Virus record (IMG/VR): IMGVR_UViG_3300025132_000031 | Location: 1-63,884 of that record | Reading direction: 5' to 3' (one strand) | DNA length: 63,884 nucleotides | From: a virus | Lineage: Duplodnaviria; Caudoviricetes | Part shown: positions 44,042-53,178 of the stretch, piece by piece | How the letters are laid out: each line of letters opens with the position of its first letter | How positions within the stretch are numbered: the first letter of the stretch is position 1 | Position numbers and translations under genes: made by a program | The notes under the pieces: model-generated | The model's database searches: none | What the model was told of the DNA's origin: nothing | The model's input: the letters and a program-made list of their open reading frames with translations, nothing else

Positions 44042-44308
44042 ATGAAAAATCTTCCAACTATTCTCGCAGCAGCAAGCTTAGCGTTATCTGGAAGTCTTGT
44101 TGGTGGAACTATTGCAGCGTATTTCTATATCAAAGCTCCAGCAACACAACAAAAAATCAAACAGGCATTAATTGAACAAGTCGGACCGTTGGTCGAATCT
44201 CAAATCAAGGGTGCACTACCTGGTATCGGTGGTGATTCTGCTGGTGGCACTAGCAGTTTTCTATCTATTCCTAGTACCACTGGGGGAGTGCTGCCAATTA
44301 ATAAGTAA
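44042..44308 (+). CDS. Cyanophage-type membrane protein
   Basis: N-terminal TM; IPSTTG tail. Confidence 0.65.
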   Translation: MKNLPTILAAASLALSGSLVGGTIAAYFYIKAPATQQKIKQALIEQVGPLVESQIKGALPGIGGDSAGGTSSFLSIPSTTGGVLPINK

Positions 44309-44313
44309 GATCA

Positions 44314-45114
44314 GTGGGTACCATCCCTCGGATAGGAGTCAGGGAGGTATACGTTCCACAGGTTCCGACATGGGCAATTGATTTACCTTTAAGTATTCCT
44401 CAAGCGCCTCCTGTCACACTTCAAATAGGCTTTCCAACCGTAGAGATGCCTGGTTGCGTCGAAGCCAGAGAGACATCAGGAAACAATAAGCTCATAGAAG
44501 ATGACCCTCAAGGAACACTAACGCTCTGCTCAGGGCCAGGGATGCCTTCATTCAATCCCCCTGAATTTGATCCAAGCAAAGAGTTAGTTGTAATACCAAT
44601 GGACAACAGTCCAAATATAGGGGCAGTTGGTGGCTTAGGAGGTAATAATTCGGAGAAGAAAAATGAATCGACTACAGAAGGAACAGGTCAAATCACTAAT
44701 ATTCCTGACCTCGATGTTAACGCTGTTACATCTACTAACATTGATCTTCCCTGTCCCAGACCAGGAAGCCCCCCACCGGGAGCATACGGTAAGTATGGTA
44801 CGAAGGTTGTAAAAGGCTACGAAAAGAACTCTGAAGGCGAATGTATCACCTTGTATGAAGATATTGCCTTGCTCAATGTTATCAACAACTACACGCCCCC
44901 TCCGGCGACCATCCTAAATACTACTTCGATAGCTGTAGGCGCAACTCTAGGGGTGGCCCTAGTGGGCCAACCTCTTCAACAGTACTTAATGAAGGTTGTG
45001 AAGCCTCTTGCGAAGAAAGTGACGAAGACTGTTCTAAAGAAGATTCTGAAGAAACCTGAGAAGATCCTGTCTGTTCGAGAGAGGATGGCTGAGCAGAGGA
45101 AGAATCGAAAGTAA
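44314..45114 (+). CDS. Conserved cyanophage protein (PPVTLQIGFP.V.MPGCVEA)
   Basis: Motif recognition; C-terminal TM and basic tail. Confidence 0.7.
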   Translation: MGTIPRIGVREVYVPQVPTWAIDLPLSIPQAPPVTLQIGFPTVEMPGCVEARETSGNNKLIEDDPQGTLTLCSGPGMPSFNPPEFDPSKELVVIPMDNSPNIGAVGGLGGNNSEKKNESTTEGTGQITNIPDLDVNAVTSTNIDLPCPRPGSPPPGAYGKYGTKVVKGYEKNSEGECITLYEDIALLNVINNYTPPPATILNTTSIAVGATLGVALVGQPLQQYLMKVVKPLAKKVTKTVLKKILKKPEKILSVRERMAEQRKNRK

Positions 45115-45766
45115 TAGGATCGATTGAATGACTGTGATTTAATAACACGCCGGGAGGATTCGTTAAGAGGACATCCTCGCAGATGACCTTGTATTTGCTG
45201 GTCGGATCCCATACTATGCCCTCCTTGGCTAAATTTCCGCAATGCTTAAGTCGTGAAATTTCGTAGTCTAAAACCCGTAAATTTAATGTCGCTTTTCTTA
45301 AGGCGATTTCAGTCGCAGCAGCGTCCTTGCAAAGAGACATCATCTCCTTGTCCAATGGTCGACTCCATTGAGCCGTTACTCCCATATTCAAGGAGTAGTT
45401 ATCCTTCTGCAAGGTCTGAACTGTTTTATACCACAAAATATCTCCAGGATTGTCTGGGGCTCCGTCCCCATCAATATCTCGAACGTCGTACACAGGATCT
45501 TCGTAGGTTTCAAAGAAAGGTGTTTTAATATTGGCTGAACGACCTACATAAGGAGATATAGTTAATGTTTCTGATTGACAAACGACACCATTAGTAAAAC
45601 CTGACTGCATAAAATTTCCTGTCAACACTTGGTATGCATTGACATTCGCTTGACCAGAAGAGTTAGCCACCGGATTAGAGGTAGCGGATATTCCTCCCAC
45701 ATCACTTGCCTTGGCGACAGGACAAAAAGGGATTAGCATTAATACGCTAAGAACCCTTGGTATCAC
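44921..45766 (-). CDS. Conserved cyanophage exported protein (ANSSG...CQ...LDYEISRLKHCG)
   Basis: GTGA-coupled start at 45766; signal peptide. Confidence 0.7.
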   Translation of the reverse strand: MIPRVLSVLMLIPFCPVAKASDVGGISATSNPVANSSGQANVNAYQVLTGNFMQSGFTNGVVCQSETLTISPYVGRSANIKTPFFETYEDPVYDVRDIDGDGAPDNPGDILWYKTVQTLQKDNYSLNMGVTAQWSRPLDKEMMSLCKDAAATEIALRKATLNLRVLDYEISRLKHCGNLAKEGIVWDPTSKYKVICEDVLLTNPPGVLLNHSHSIDPITFDSSSAQPSSLEQTGSSQVSSESSLEQSSSLSSQEASQPSLSTVEEVGPLGPPLELRLQLSK

Positions 45767-46251
45767 TGAGAAAATACGGAAACCGATTCTATCGTTGTGT
45801 CCGTTTCTATAGTCCTCGTTATGGTCGTGCGATTCTGAAGTCCGGGTCCTGAATAACTTGATTGAAATTGGAACGAACCCCCTGGTTGAGTCAGTGTCCA
45901 ATTTGGCTTGTTGGTTACGTCTAAGCCTGTCCATTTAGTGGTTATTCCTGACGCAGAAGTTGTATTTGTATTGATTATGGCACCTGGTTCAATAGATGCA
46001 CCATTTAAATTTATACCTGTGCCACTTACCGTATACTGCCAACCGGTCGCATAGTCTTCTGACACTATCGACTCAGATATCACAGATCGGGACGTCGTTG
46101 TCTGAGTTAGTTGTCCGGACGAGAAGTTTGGGACTACTGGAACCGCACCTGCAGGTATGACAAATACACCCGCCACAATTGCTGCATACTTGAATGTCGA
46201 TATTACGCCAACAATTGGGGCAGCCAGTCTCCCTAATGCATGAGTAGACAT
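45763..46251 (-). CDS. Conserved cyanophage exported protein (AVPVVPNF)
   Basis: Signal peptide; Thr/Ser-rich beta protein. Confidence 0.75.
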   Translation of the reverse strand: MSTHALGRLAAPIVGVISTFKYAAIVAGVFVIPAGAVPVVPNFSSGQLTQTTTSRSVISESIVSEDYATGWQYTVSGTGINLNGASIEPGAIINTNTTSASGITTKWTGLDVTNKPNWTLTQPGGSFQFQSSYSGPGLQNRTTITRTIETDTTIESVSVFSQ

Positions 46252-46258
46252 ATGACAT

Positions 46259-46789
46259 CTACTTCACATTAAGAGTAGATATAAATTGTCCAATCGCCGT
46301 TGTGCCTGATCCGCCGGCTGTTAATGAAGTTATTGTTCCACCAGCCAAACTTGAGACTCCACCAGCTAACGTACCTTTTGTCCCCCCAGCAAAAGTCGTA
46401 GTTGATCCAAACGCCGGAATAGAGGCGACTTGTCCGGTCGTTGATGACACAGTTGAACCGGCATTAATACCAGGTATAGCGTCTCCTTGGAGCCAACTTT
46501 CGGAAAAACTGAACTGATTTCCGGGGGTATTTTGCACGTAGGTCCCAGCCTTGATTGTCGCTGCCGCCGTGGCCGATCCTGCTGTTAATCCACCAAAAAC
46601 ATCGTTATTACCGGTACCTACTTTGATGTTCGTGCCACTTACCGCATATGTTGACCCCAGCCTGGTTGCAACTGATGAAGCCCCATCCACAGTTAATTGG
46701 ACAGAAGAACTTAGACTATGCGTTATATCTGCCATTGCAGGTGCTGCAAGGGAAGTAAGTAACAGCGCCGGTAATACTACGCGCTTCAT
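46259..46789 (-). CDS. Conserved cyanophage exported protein (ADITHSLSSSVQLTVD)
   Basis: Signal peptide ending AMA|D. Confidence 0.75.
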   Translation of the reverse strand: MKRVVLPALLLTSLAAPAMADITHSLSSSVQLTVDGASSVATRLGSTYAVSGTNIKVGTGNNDVFGGLTAGSATAAATIKAGTYVQNTPGNQFSFSESWLQGDAIPGINAGSTVSSTTGQVASIPAFGSTTTFAGGTKGTLAGGVSSLAGGTITSLTAGGSGTTAIGQFISTLNVK

Positions 46790-46825
46790 GGGAAAAATTT
46801 AGACGTCTCTACCTATAGTAGGTAA

Positions 46826-46927
46826 TTATTTTTTCCTACAGATTTTTTCTTCCTGCCAATGTTGCATGCGATGCTGTTGCCTAAGAATCTCTTGACAATG
46901 AGGGCACTCGCACCCTCTATATGTCAA
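46826..46927 (-). CDS. Possible 33-aa CxCxxC peptide
   Basis: Manual translation (M)TYRGCECPHCQEILRQQHRMQHW... Confidence 0.35.
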   Translation of the reverse strand: MTYRGCECPHCQEILRQQHRMQHWQEEKICRKK

Positions 46928-46931
46928 AGAT

Positions 46932-47129
46932 TCACTTGTTAAGTCTTTGGTTATTGTGTCCATGAGCAATACCTAACTCGTGCATTTTGGCATGTTCATC
47001 GATTGTGTCTCGTAATTGTTTAGATCCCGGACCAAAGGTCATATAGATTCCATAGGTGACAGAACCTAATATCAATGTCATAAATCCAATGATTAGTAAA
47101 ACTAATTGTGGATCGGTTGTTTTTTCCAT
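46932..47129 (-). CDS. psbN: PsbN-like protein
   Basis: TM helix then YGIYMTFGPGSKQLRD..DEH. Confidence 0.7.
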   Translation of the reverse strand: MEKTTDPQLVLLIIGFMTLILGSVTYGIYMTFGPGSKQLRDTIDEHAKMHELGIAHGHNNQRLNK

Positions 47130-47729
47130 TCAAATTATTCCAAGATATTTTTTAACAGATGCCAGCACAACTGGATCTGCTAGGTTCCTTATTTCTATAT
47201 CTGGACGCACTTCAGCTATTCTTAACGCTTGACCAGTTCCGCCACTATCAGGGTTTTGTCTCCTATTTTGTATATTCATTGGATCATATCGAGGATCCCA
47301 TCCTGTTGCAGCACGAGGAGTGTATGCAACAACCAACTTCGAAGGAGTTTGCAAGTCAGAACCTAAGACCTGCATTGCGTTTCGTGCCATTAGATCATAA
47401 GTAAACGGATTCATACTAGCTGCGTATGCATGATACATAGGAACCATGCGACGAGCATCTGCGGCAGCACGTAATGTTTGGTAGTTAATGAAATGAGGTT
47501 GGCTACCTGCTATCTGATTATTAAACTTGCGACCAGGTAAATAAATTTCAGCATTAGCCCGAGGATTGCGGAGACCTGAGAGAAATGCAGAATCTGATCC
47601 TTTAGCACCTCCAGACCTGAGTATCCATCCTTCGCTTTCTAATTTATTAGCCAGCAGGCTCATGATACGTAAAGTATCGGACGGCACTCTTTCCCGAGAA
47701 CCTATGCCAGCGTAATAACGTCTATTCAT
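47130..47729 (-). CDS. DprA/SLOG-like Rossmann-fold protein
   Basis: YAGIGSR, LRSGGAKGSDSAF, ARN..QVLG, GGTGQALRIA. Confidence 0.8.
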   Translation of the reverse strand: MNRRYYAGIGSRERVPSDTLRIMSLLANKLESEGWILRSGGAKGSDSAFLSGLRNPRANAEIYLPGRKFNNQIAGSQPHFINYQTLRAAADARRMVPMYHAYAASMNPFTYDLMARNAMQVLGSDLQTPSKLVVAYTPRAATGWDPRYDPMNIQNRRQNPDSGGTGQALRIAEVRPDIEIRNLADPVVLASVKKYLGII

Positions 47730-47938
47730 AAATACGCTTTCGATATATTCGTAGCAAACCCTATTAATGTCACTCCGGCTGCCAATACTGCTGCAGCCCC
47801 TATAACCCACTTCTCTACAACTTTGAGACGTTCACGTAACTCTTCTTGCTTCTCTTCCAATCTTTCAATCTTTAAAGCTTGTACTGTTAGACGAGTCTCC
47901 TGAGACGCATCTACATGTGAAGGATTGTCGCAAGTCAT
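47726..47938 (-). CDS. Coiled coil plus C-terminal TM (holin/XhlA-like architecture)
   Basis: LRERLKVVEKWVIGAAAV. Confidence 0.6.
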   Translation of the reverse strand: MTCDNPSHVDASQETRLTVQALKIERLEEKQEELRERLKVVEKWVIGAAAVLAAGVTLIGFATNISKAYL

Positions 47939-48384
47939 GATTTCTTGGAAGAGTCAACAACGTCTGCTCCTAATATTTTAATTGGAGTCTCTACACGAAT
48001 TGTTTGGAATCCGCCCCCTGTGTTCATTAATGCCAACATCTCTTTTTTGCTTAAAGGCTTATCGTCTCCACTAGCGTCATATGTTCCATCACCTTTCTTC
48101 TTGGCACTCTTATCCAGGCCAAAGCTAGCAAGCGACGAAGCCAGGAGAGAAGCCGGAAAAGTTATATCCTGTTTTTCCCCTGACGTCAACCCAGGAATTT
48201 CTGGCAGATAATTTAGGGTCACTAATGCCCCGGACCAGGCAACCACGACCAGTCTGACTAAAACTGAGATGTATTCAAACTGTTCTTCCTTATCATCTAA
48301 CTTCTCTTTCAACGTCTGAAAGACACCCTTCTTCTTTTCCTCCTCGTTCTTTTGTGGAATTTCTTTATCTGCCGTAGTAGCCAT
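47935..48384 (-). CDS. Conserved cyanophage two-TM protein (WSG..LTLNY-like; ITFPAS...SFGL)
   Basis: Motif recognition. Confidence 0.7.
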   Translation of the reverse strand: MATTADKEIPQKNEEEKKKGVFQTLKEKLDDKEEQFEYISVLVRLVVVAWSGALVTLNYLPEIPGLTSGEKQDITFPASLLASSLASFGLDKSAKKKGDGTYDASGDDKPLSKKEMLALMNTGGGFQTIRVETPIKILGADVVDSSKKS

Positions 48385-48418
48385 TTCATTGGATTAATCT
48401 ACATTAATAGTAGACGTT

Positions 48419-48592
48419 TTAAGTTGGGTAATAAGCTGGTACCAAAGTTCCTCGGTCATCATCGTCGTCATCATCATCCTTAAATGGTAATTCACCAAGC
48501 ATAAGAATGCTCACAATGAATACGGAAATAACAGGTAGGAAAGGAAATAAGAAAGCTAATTGAATCGTTGACGGGTCAGCTAGTTCGTTCAT
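48419..48592 (-). CDS. Small TM protein with poly-Asp tail (57 aa)
   Basis: Manual translation MNELADPSTIQLAFLFPFLP...KDDDDDDDDRGTLVPAYYPT*. Confidence 0.6.
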   Translation of the reverse strand: MNELADPSTIQLAFLFPFLPVISVFIVSILMLGELPFKDDDDDDDDRGTLVPAYYPT

Positions 48593-48764
48593 GAGCATTA
48601 GATAGTTTGTTGTAAGCCTTTTGAGCCTTTTTAATAATTTTACGAGCCTCTTCTCGAGACATACACTTTTCTGCTTTTCTAGCCAGTCGTATTAATTTAT
48701 GATGCTGTTTATTCGTCGTAGTCGTAGATTTCTGAAAGTCCATAAAGTCCGGCAAGTCCTCCAA
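48576..48764 (-). CDS. Small basic protein (KAEKCMSREEARKIIKKA)
   Basis: Resembles a small picocyanobacterial protein. Confidence 0.5.
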   Translation of the reverse strand: MEDLPDFMDFQKSTTTTNKQHHKLIRLARKAEKCMSREEARKIIKKAQKAYNKLSNAHERTS

Positions 48765-49989
48765 GTAAGCTAGCTGCTGTATGACCTGGTCCCCATCTCA
48801 TCGCATTACGACGATTCCTTGAACCGAAGTTCTTAGGAGTATCTACAGGTGGATCAATTCCAGGTTCAGTAGAAGCAGTAGACTGACCTGTTGGTCCTGC
48901 AGCAACATTAGATTGAGGAGCTGTTCCCGCTAGATACTTTTGGTATTCAGGAATATCTATATTACCACTTGGTGTCAAATTATAAGGAGCAGCTTCACGA
49001 GCTGGTCTTACTACATTATTAACTCCAAAATTTCCTGTTAAGTAAGGATCTGCGGATTCAGCAGCTTGAGCAGTTAAAGCTCTCCTAAGATCTGTCATCT
49101 CAGTATCTACTGCTCTTGCAGGATCTTGTCCTACTTTCATGCGAGCTAGCTTCTTCGAATCAAGATCACTTAGACCTAATTTCCTCCCTTCCAAATAAGC
49201 AGCATTCCAATCTTCATCACGTAATGCCGTATTGATGGATCCACCTGTGCCATATCTAGAAGCAGGATATCCTGATGGTGTTCTGTCTGAAACCATCCTT
49301 GAATCTCCTCCAACCAAGTACTGAGCCATCTCAGGAGAATTTCTGAAAGCTGCTAAAGCTTGTTCATCCTTTTGAGTTAATGCTCCAGCAGCCAGTAACT
49401 TGCTTGCATCATCATATTGGTAAACATCTCGCATATCTCTATCAACAAATACACCACGAGGGATGTTTGGTCCGATCTCAACCGATTTTCCTCGATACTC
49501 CTTAGGAAAGTCGCCAGGAGAACCACCCTCTGGCACTAGTAAATCATCACTAAAATATTCACGAAGAGCATTAGTCGTGGAACCATCTAGGTCTAATTCT
49601 CCTTGCGTTACCAGTCCTGCCATGCTCTTAGCTAAATTAGCCTTAGCAATATCAGCCTGATATAGCAGATTCTGTACTCCTTCTCCTGCTCCAGAAATAA
49701 GCCTTCCAGATCCTTCTCTTAATTTGTCGAGCCTAGCCCTAGCAGCAGCAACTGCTATGGAATGTCTATCCATCCTCTCAGGTATGGATCGAACTAACGC
49801 TTCAACTCTAGGTGCACTCCAATTGTATGTAGTACCTACATCTCTAACTGCCTTTCTGATAACCATGGCAGCACCTCTTTCGCCTGTCTTGGCTAGGTTC
49901 CACAAGGAATCTACAGTTCCACCTTTAGATTCAACTGTATCTCTCAGGGCGTTAAAAAACTGATTGAAATCTTCTGATCCTTGGCTCAT
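48709..49989 (-). CDS. Hypothetical 426-aa protein
   Basis: Long ORF. Confidence 0.8.
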   Translation of the reverse strand: MSQGSEDFNQFFNALRDTVESKGGTVDSLWNLAKTGERGAAMVIRKAVRDVGTTYNWSAPRVEALVRSIPERMDRHSIAVAAARARLDKLREGSGRLISGAGEGVQNLLYQADIAKANLAKSMAGLVTQGELDLDGSTTNALREYFSDDLLVPEGGSPGDFPKEYRGKSVEIGPNIPRGVFVDRDMRDVYQYDDASKLLAAGALTQKDEQALAAFRNSPEMAQYLVGGDSRMVSDRTPSGYPASRYGTGGSINTALRDEDWNAAYLEGRKLGLSDLDSKKLARMKVGQDPARAVDTEMTDLRRALTAQAAESADPYLTGNFGVNNVVRPAREAAPYNLTPSGNIDIPEYQKYLAGTAPQSNVAAGPTGQSTASTEPGIDPPVDTPKNFGSRNRRNAMRWGPGHTAASLLGGLAGLYGLSEIYDYDE

Positions 49990-49991
49990 GA

Positions 49992-50321
49992 TTAAAACGT
50001 TGGCAAAGATGGACCGCCTAAGATTCGCTTAATTGTCTCTACCTCGTTCATATTGTCATTAGCTCTGATCTTGTTATAAATTTTGGCAGCTTTATTAGCT
50101 CCTTTATGTCCCCCACCAATATCGAAACTAGGGTTAGCCGCCATAATCCAATCCTTACCTGGAGGCATAGGATTAGGGTATCCAGGCCAAGGTGGTCCTC
50201 CTGGTACTACTGGAGGAGAATCAGGTCTCTTTTCTGCAAACAATCCAGCATCGCCATAGATAGGCTTTGGAGGAAAACTCTGTAGAAATCCAATAATGTT
50301 TCTATCGCCTGCGAATAACAT
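49992..50321 (-). CDS. Pro-rich hypothetical protein (LFAGD)
   Basis: ORF in operon. Confidence 0.65.
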   Translation of the reverse strand: MLFAGDRNIIGFLQSFPPKPIYGDAGLFAEKRPDSPPVVPGGPPWPGYPNPMPPGKDWIMAANPSFDIGGGHKGANKAAKIYNKIRANDNMNEVETIKRILGGPSLPTF

Positions 50322-50327
50322 GATTAA

Positions 50328-50813
50328 TTAGAAAGTATTAGAGAAGCCTGCTTGCCCCCCAAAGCCGCCTCCATGACGACCATCCTGTTTGTAGTCTACC
50401 CCTAGATTCCAGTTAAACCCTTTAGGAGCCTGTCTTCCTATGCCTACTTGAGCATTGACCGATCCTGGGTTGTCGTAATTAAATGTGCCAAATTGATCTT
50501 GGCCCTGACCGCTGAACGGGAAGTTAACGTCTAATCCTCCGGAGGCGTTAATATTTTTTTGCTTATTTATAGGTACTTGCACTGAACCTTTAGCCCCATA
50601 TATTCCCTCTTGATCTACTTTTAGTGTCCCCGCTGCAAAGGCACCGAAATCAGGAGTGGAGCCTTGAATAGGCATATTAGTTCCTTGGTAGTTATCAAAG
50701 GTATTACCAAGAGCATTGATAGCCATGTTATTAGCTTTTTGATTCTCTAGCAATCCCAACACTCTCGGGTCACCAGCCATTCTACCTGCCTGATTAGCTC
50801 CTGAATTCGACAC
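50328..50813 (-). CDS. Hypothetical (RMAGD) with beta-strand C-terminus ending in Phe
   Basis: Alternating beta pattern; ends GFSNTF. Confidence 0.65.
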   Translation of the reverse strand: MSNSGANQAGRMAGDPRVLGLLENQKANNMAINALGNTFDNYQGTNMPIQGSTPDFGAFAAGTLKVDQEGIYGAKGSVQVPINKQKNINASGGLDVNFPFSGQGQDQFGTFNYDNPGSVNAQVGIGRQAPKGFNWNLGVDYKQDGRHGGGFGGQAGFSNTF

Positions 50814-50841
50814 AAAAAAACCAATCTAGTATTTCACTATT

Positions 50842-51588
50842 CTAGTCTGGTTCTTCTTTTGGAGGTTTACCAAATGACAAGAACGTATCTGATGAATAAA
50901 AATAACCTTGTTCATCCTGAATACTTGTCGGTTTCACAAATTCCGTAGGATCAGGAGGAAGGAAATGACACCAACCAGTAGCGATATATTTTGTTTCAGT
51001 AGGACTAACAATACCTCTATGAGTATACGTCCAATCGGGAGGCCAAATAACTGTCGAACCTTTTACGGCTTTCGTTTGATAATTCTGATGCAGCCATTCC
51101 GTGCCTCCTCCATCTTGCACATCGTTGAGATACGTCATAAATACTAAATATCTCGTGACAGTAGAACGACTCATTGTTGTTCTTTCTGAATGCCAACGAT
51201 AAAAACCTTCCCCCGGTTCATACTTTTGAATATTAAAAAAATCCCAAGCAGAATTACCCCAAGGTTGACATCCTTTGCTTACCCAAGGGAACTTAATTTC
51301 GTATTCATCTAAAACTTTATTTAAGGCATTATTATATCTTTCAATTCTTTCATCTTCCAAGTAGTGAGGAACAGACAAATCTGTAGAACGCTTCATACTA
51401 TGATCGAGACATAATTCTTTATTTGCTTTCGTTTTCCCCTCGGATTTTACCCCATGAAATGTTCCAAATTTTTTACTTTCCCATTGAAGATTTCCTGAAG
51501 GATGCTCTTCAAAGAAATCAATTAATCCATCACAAATCTCAACATCTATTTGACTGCTATAAATGAAATCTTTACTCATTTTTTCCAT
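50842..51588 (-). CDS. 2OG-Fe(II) oxygenase
   Basis: NIQKY.PGEG...WHSE...FMTYLNDV..GGGTE...THRG...KYIATGW. Confidence 0.9.
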   Translation of the reverse strand: MEKMSKDFIYSSQIDVEICDGLIDFFEEHPSGNLQWESKKFGTFHGVKSEGKTKANKELCLDHSMKRSTDLSVPHYLEDERIERYNNALNKVLDEYEIKFPWVSKGCQPWGNSAWDFFNIQKYEPGEGFYRWHSERTTMSRSTVTRYLVFMTYLNDVQDGGGTEWLHQNYQTKAVKGSTVIWPPDWTYTHRGIVSPTETKYIATGWCHFLPPDPTEFVKPTSIQDEQGYFYSSDTFLSFGKPPKEEPD

Positions 51589-52234
51589 AATTAAATGATG
51601 CACTTATACGAGGCGTTTTTTCTGAATTACGAGTAACTCCATGTGATAAATAAGAAGGAAAGAGTATCAAAGTTCCTTCTTGAATTGGTAATGCTTCTCC
51701 TACATAGATTCTGTCCATAGGCTGCATTCCTATAGTCCCATCGTGATGAAATGGTACTGGTGAATCTATATAAAATGAGCCTGAACGTTTTTTACTTTCT
51801 TTTGGTAATTGATAGTAATAAACTCCTGATATTAAATGTGGTCTATGCTCATGTGTATGAGCATAATCTCCTTCGTTAAAACGACTCAGCCATGAAGAAT
51901 GATATCTCAAGTTCCTTGTTGTTTCTATTGGATGAAGATCAGAATTAACCGACATCGCAAAGCTTAAAATTTCTTGTTCAACAATATTAGGTAAAATGCT
52001 CAGTTCTTGAAATAAGTCAGGAGGAATGATGTCTGTGTCATTCTTGGTCATACTATTCATTGCAGTTGCAGAGACCTCGTGTGTCTTGCCCCAATCTTCC
52101 ATGTATTGAAACGTTGCTTGAGACTCTATAAATTCACTTAATTCTGCCTGTATTTCATTAAAGAGTTGATGTTCTCGCAAGGATATGACACCTATATGAG
52201 TAGGAAAACATGCGTGAAATTCATCTTGTTGCAT
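51572..52234 (-). CDS. TIGR02466-like 2OG-Fe(II) oxygenase
   Basis: HEH...SGVYY...EGTLILFPSYLSHGV...RISASFN. Confidence 0.85.
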   Translation of the reverse strand: MQQDEFHACFPTHIGVISLREHQLFNEIQAELSEFIESQATFQYMEDWGKTHEVSATAMNSMTKNDTDIIPPDLFQELSILPNIVEQEILSFAMSVNSDLHPIETTRNLRYHSSWLSRFNEGDYAHTHEHRPHLISGVYYYQLPKESKKRSGSFYIDSPVPFHHDGTIGMQPMDRIYVGEALPIQEGTLILFPSYLSHGVTRNSEKTPRISASFNYGKNE

Positions 52235-52287
52235 AAAAAAACCGCCCATACCACTACAGTATGGACGATCTTTAATAAAAAATCTAT

Positions 52288-52659
52288 TTAGAAGTTGTAC
52301 TTAATACCTAGCTTGCCACCTGTTGCAAAATCTTCTTTCTCTTCACCTGTAAGGAAAGAAAGTTCACCATATACATCAGTAGCTTCAGTAAGAGCAACAC
52401 TTGCACCTGCTTTACCAGATATACGAGTTTCAGTATCTGCATCCTTAACAGCTACGAATGCTGGGCCACCTTGAACGTAGTAAGAGAGCTTACCAGTATC
52501 ATTCGAACCTGCGTATCCTACGTGTACGTCTGTAGTTGCATTTGTATACTTTTTATCTGTCCAATTCGCATTGGTTTCAGCATTAATGTAAGGTCCAGCA
52601 ATTGAGGCTGGGACAGAGATGATTGCTAAGGCAGCAGCACCGTAAAGAGTTCTTAACAC
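52288..52659 (-). CDS. Small outer-membrane beta-barrel-like protein of picocyanobacteria/cyanophages
   Basis: Signal peptide, AGPYINAETN, YVQGGP, ends GIKYNF. Confidence 0.8.
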   Translation of the reverse strand: MLRTLYGAAALAIISVPASIAGPYINAETNANWTDKKYTNATTDVHVGYAGSNDTGKLSYYVQGGPAFVAVKDADTETRISGKAGASVALTEATDVYGELSFLTGEEKEDFATGGKLGIKYNF

Positions 52660-52713
52660 AGAATTAAAAATTTTTAATAACAGTTTCCATTTTATACACG
52701 ATTTGTAGTATTT

Positions 52714-52923
52714 TTACTCAGTTTGTGCCACTATCTGAGCCTTATCAATAGGACATGGCTCATAATAGTCGCTTTTATATTCACGACCTGACACTTCCCC
52801 TAGGTTTTCCTCAATGTTTTTTGTCGTTAATTCACACGCATTACACGCAACACCAATCACTTCTTCGCTGACGACACCATCAGCAGAGATTCTGAAACGT
52901 ACAGTTGTTTGAGTCAAGGCCAT
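52714..52923 (-). CDS. DUF2997-family protein
   Basis: F.I..DG.V.EEV.G....C...T..IE..LG. Confidence 0.8.
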   Translation of the reverse strand: MALTQTTVRFRISADGVVSEEVIGVACNACELTTKNIEENLGEVSGREYKSDYYEPCPIDKAQIVAQTE

Positions 52924-52974
52924 TCATATCAGCTTAATTCATTTGTATCCTTAATTTTTCAATTTGAAAAGGGA

Positions 52975-53178
52975 TTAAACCTTAAATTCTTTTTCCAAGA
53001 TCGGCCTTAATTCTGCGGCGGGAGGAAAATGCCTAAGCAACGTCTGAGCTTCACGCCTGACTTCTCTTGGAATCCTTGGCTCTTCTTTTGGATTCGTTAG
53101 TCTCAGCAAAAAATCACGAGCCGAAATAATTGCATCAACCTTTTTAGAAGGAGGACTAAGCGGCTGTCTGAGTTTCAT
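52975..53178 (-). CDS. BPSL0761-like protein
   Basis: RDFLLRL...PRIPREVRREA..LLRHFP. Confidence 0.7.
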   Translation of the reverse strand: MKLRQPLSPPSKKVDAIISARDFLLRLTNPKEEPRIPREVRREAQTLLRHFPPAAELRPILEKEFKV

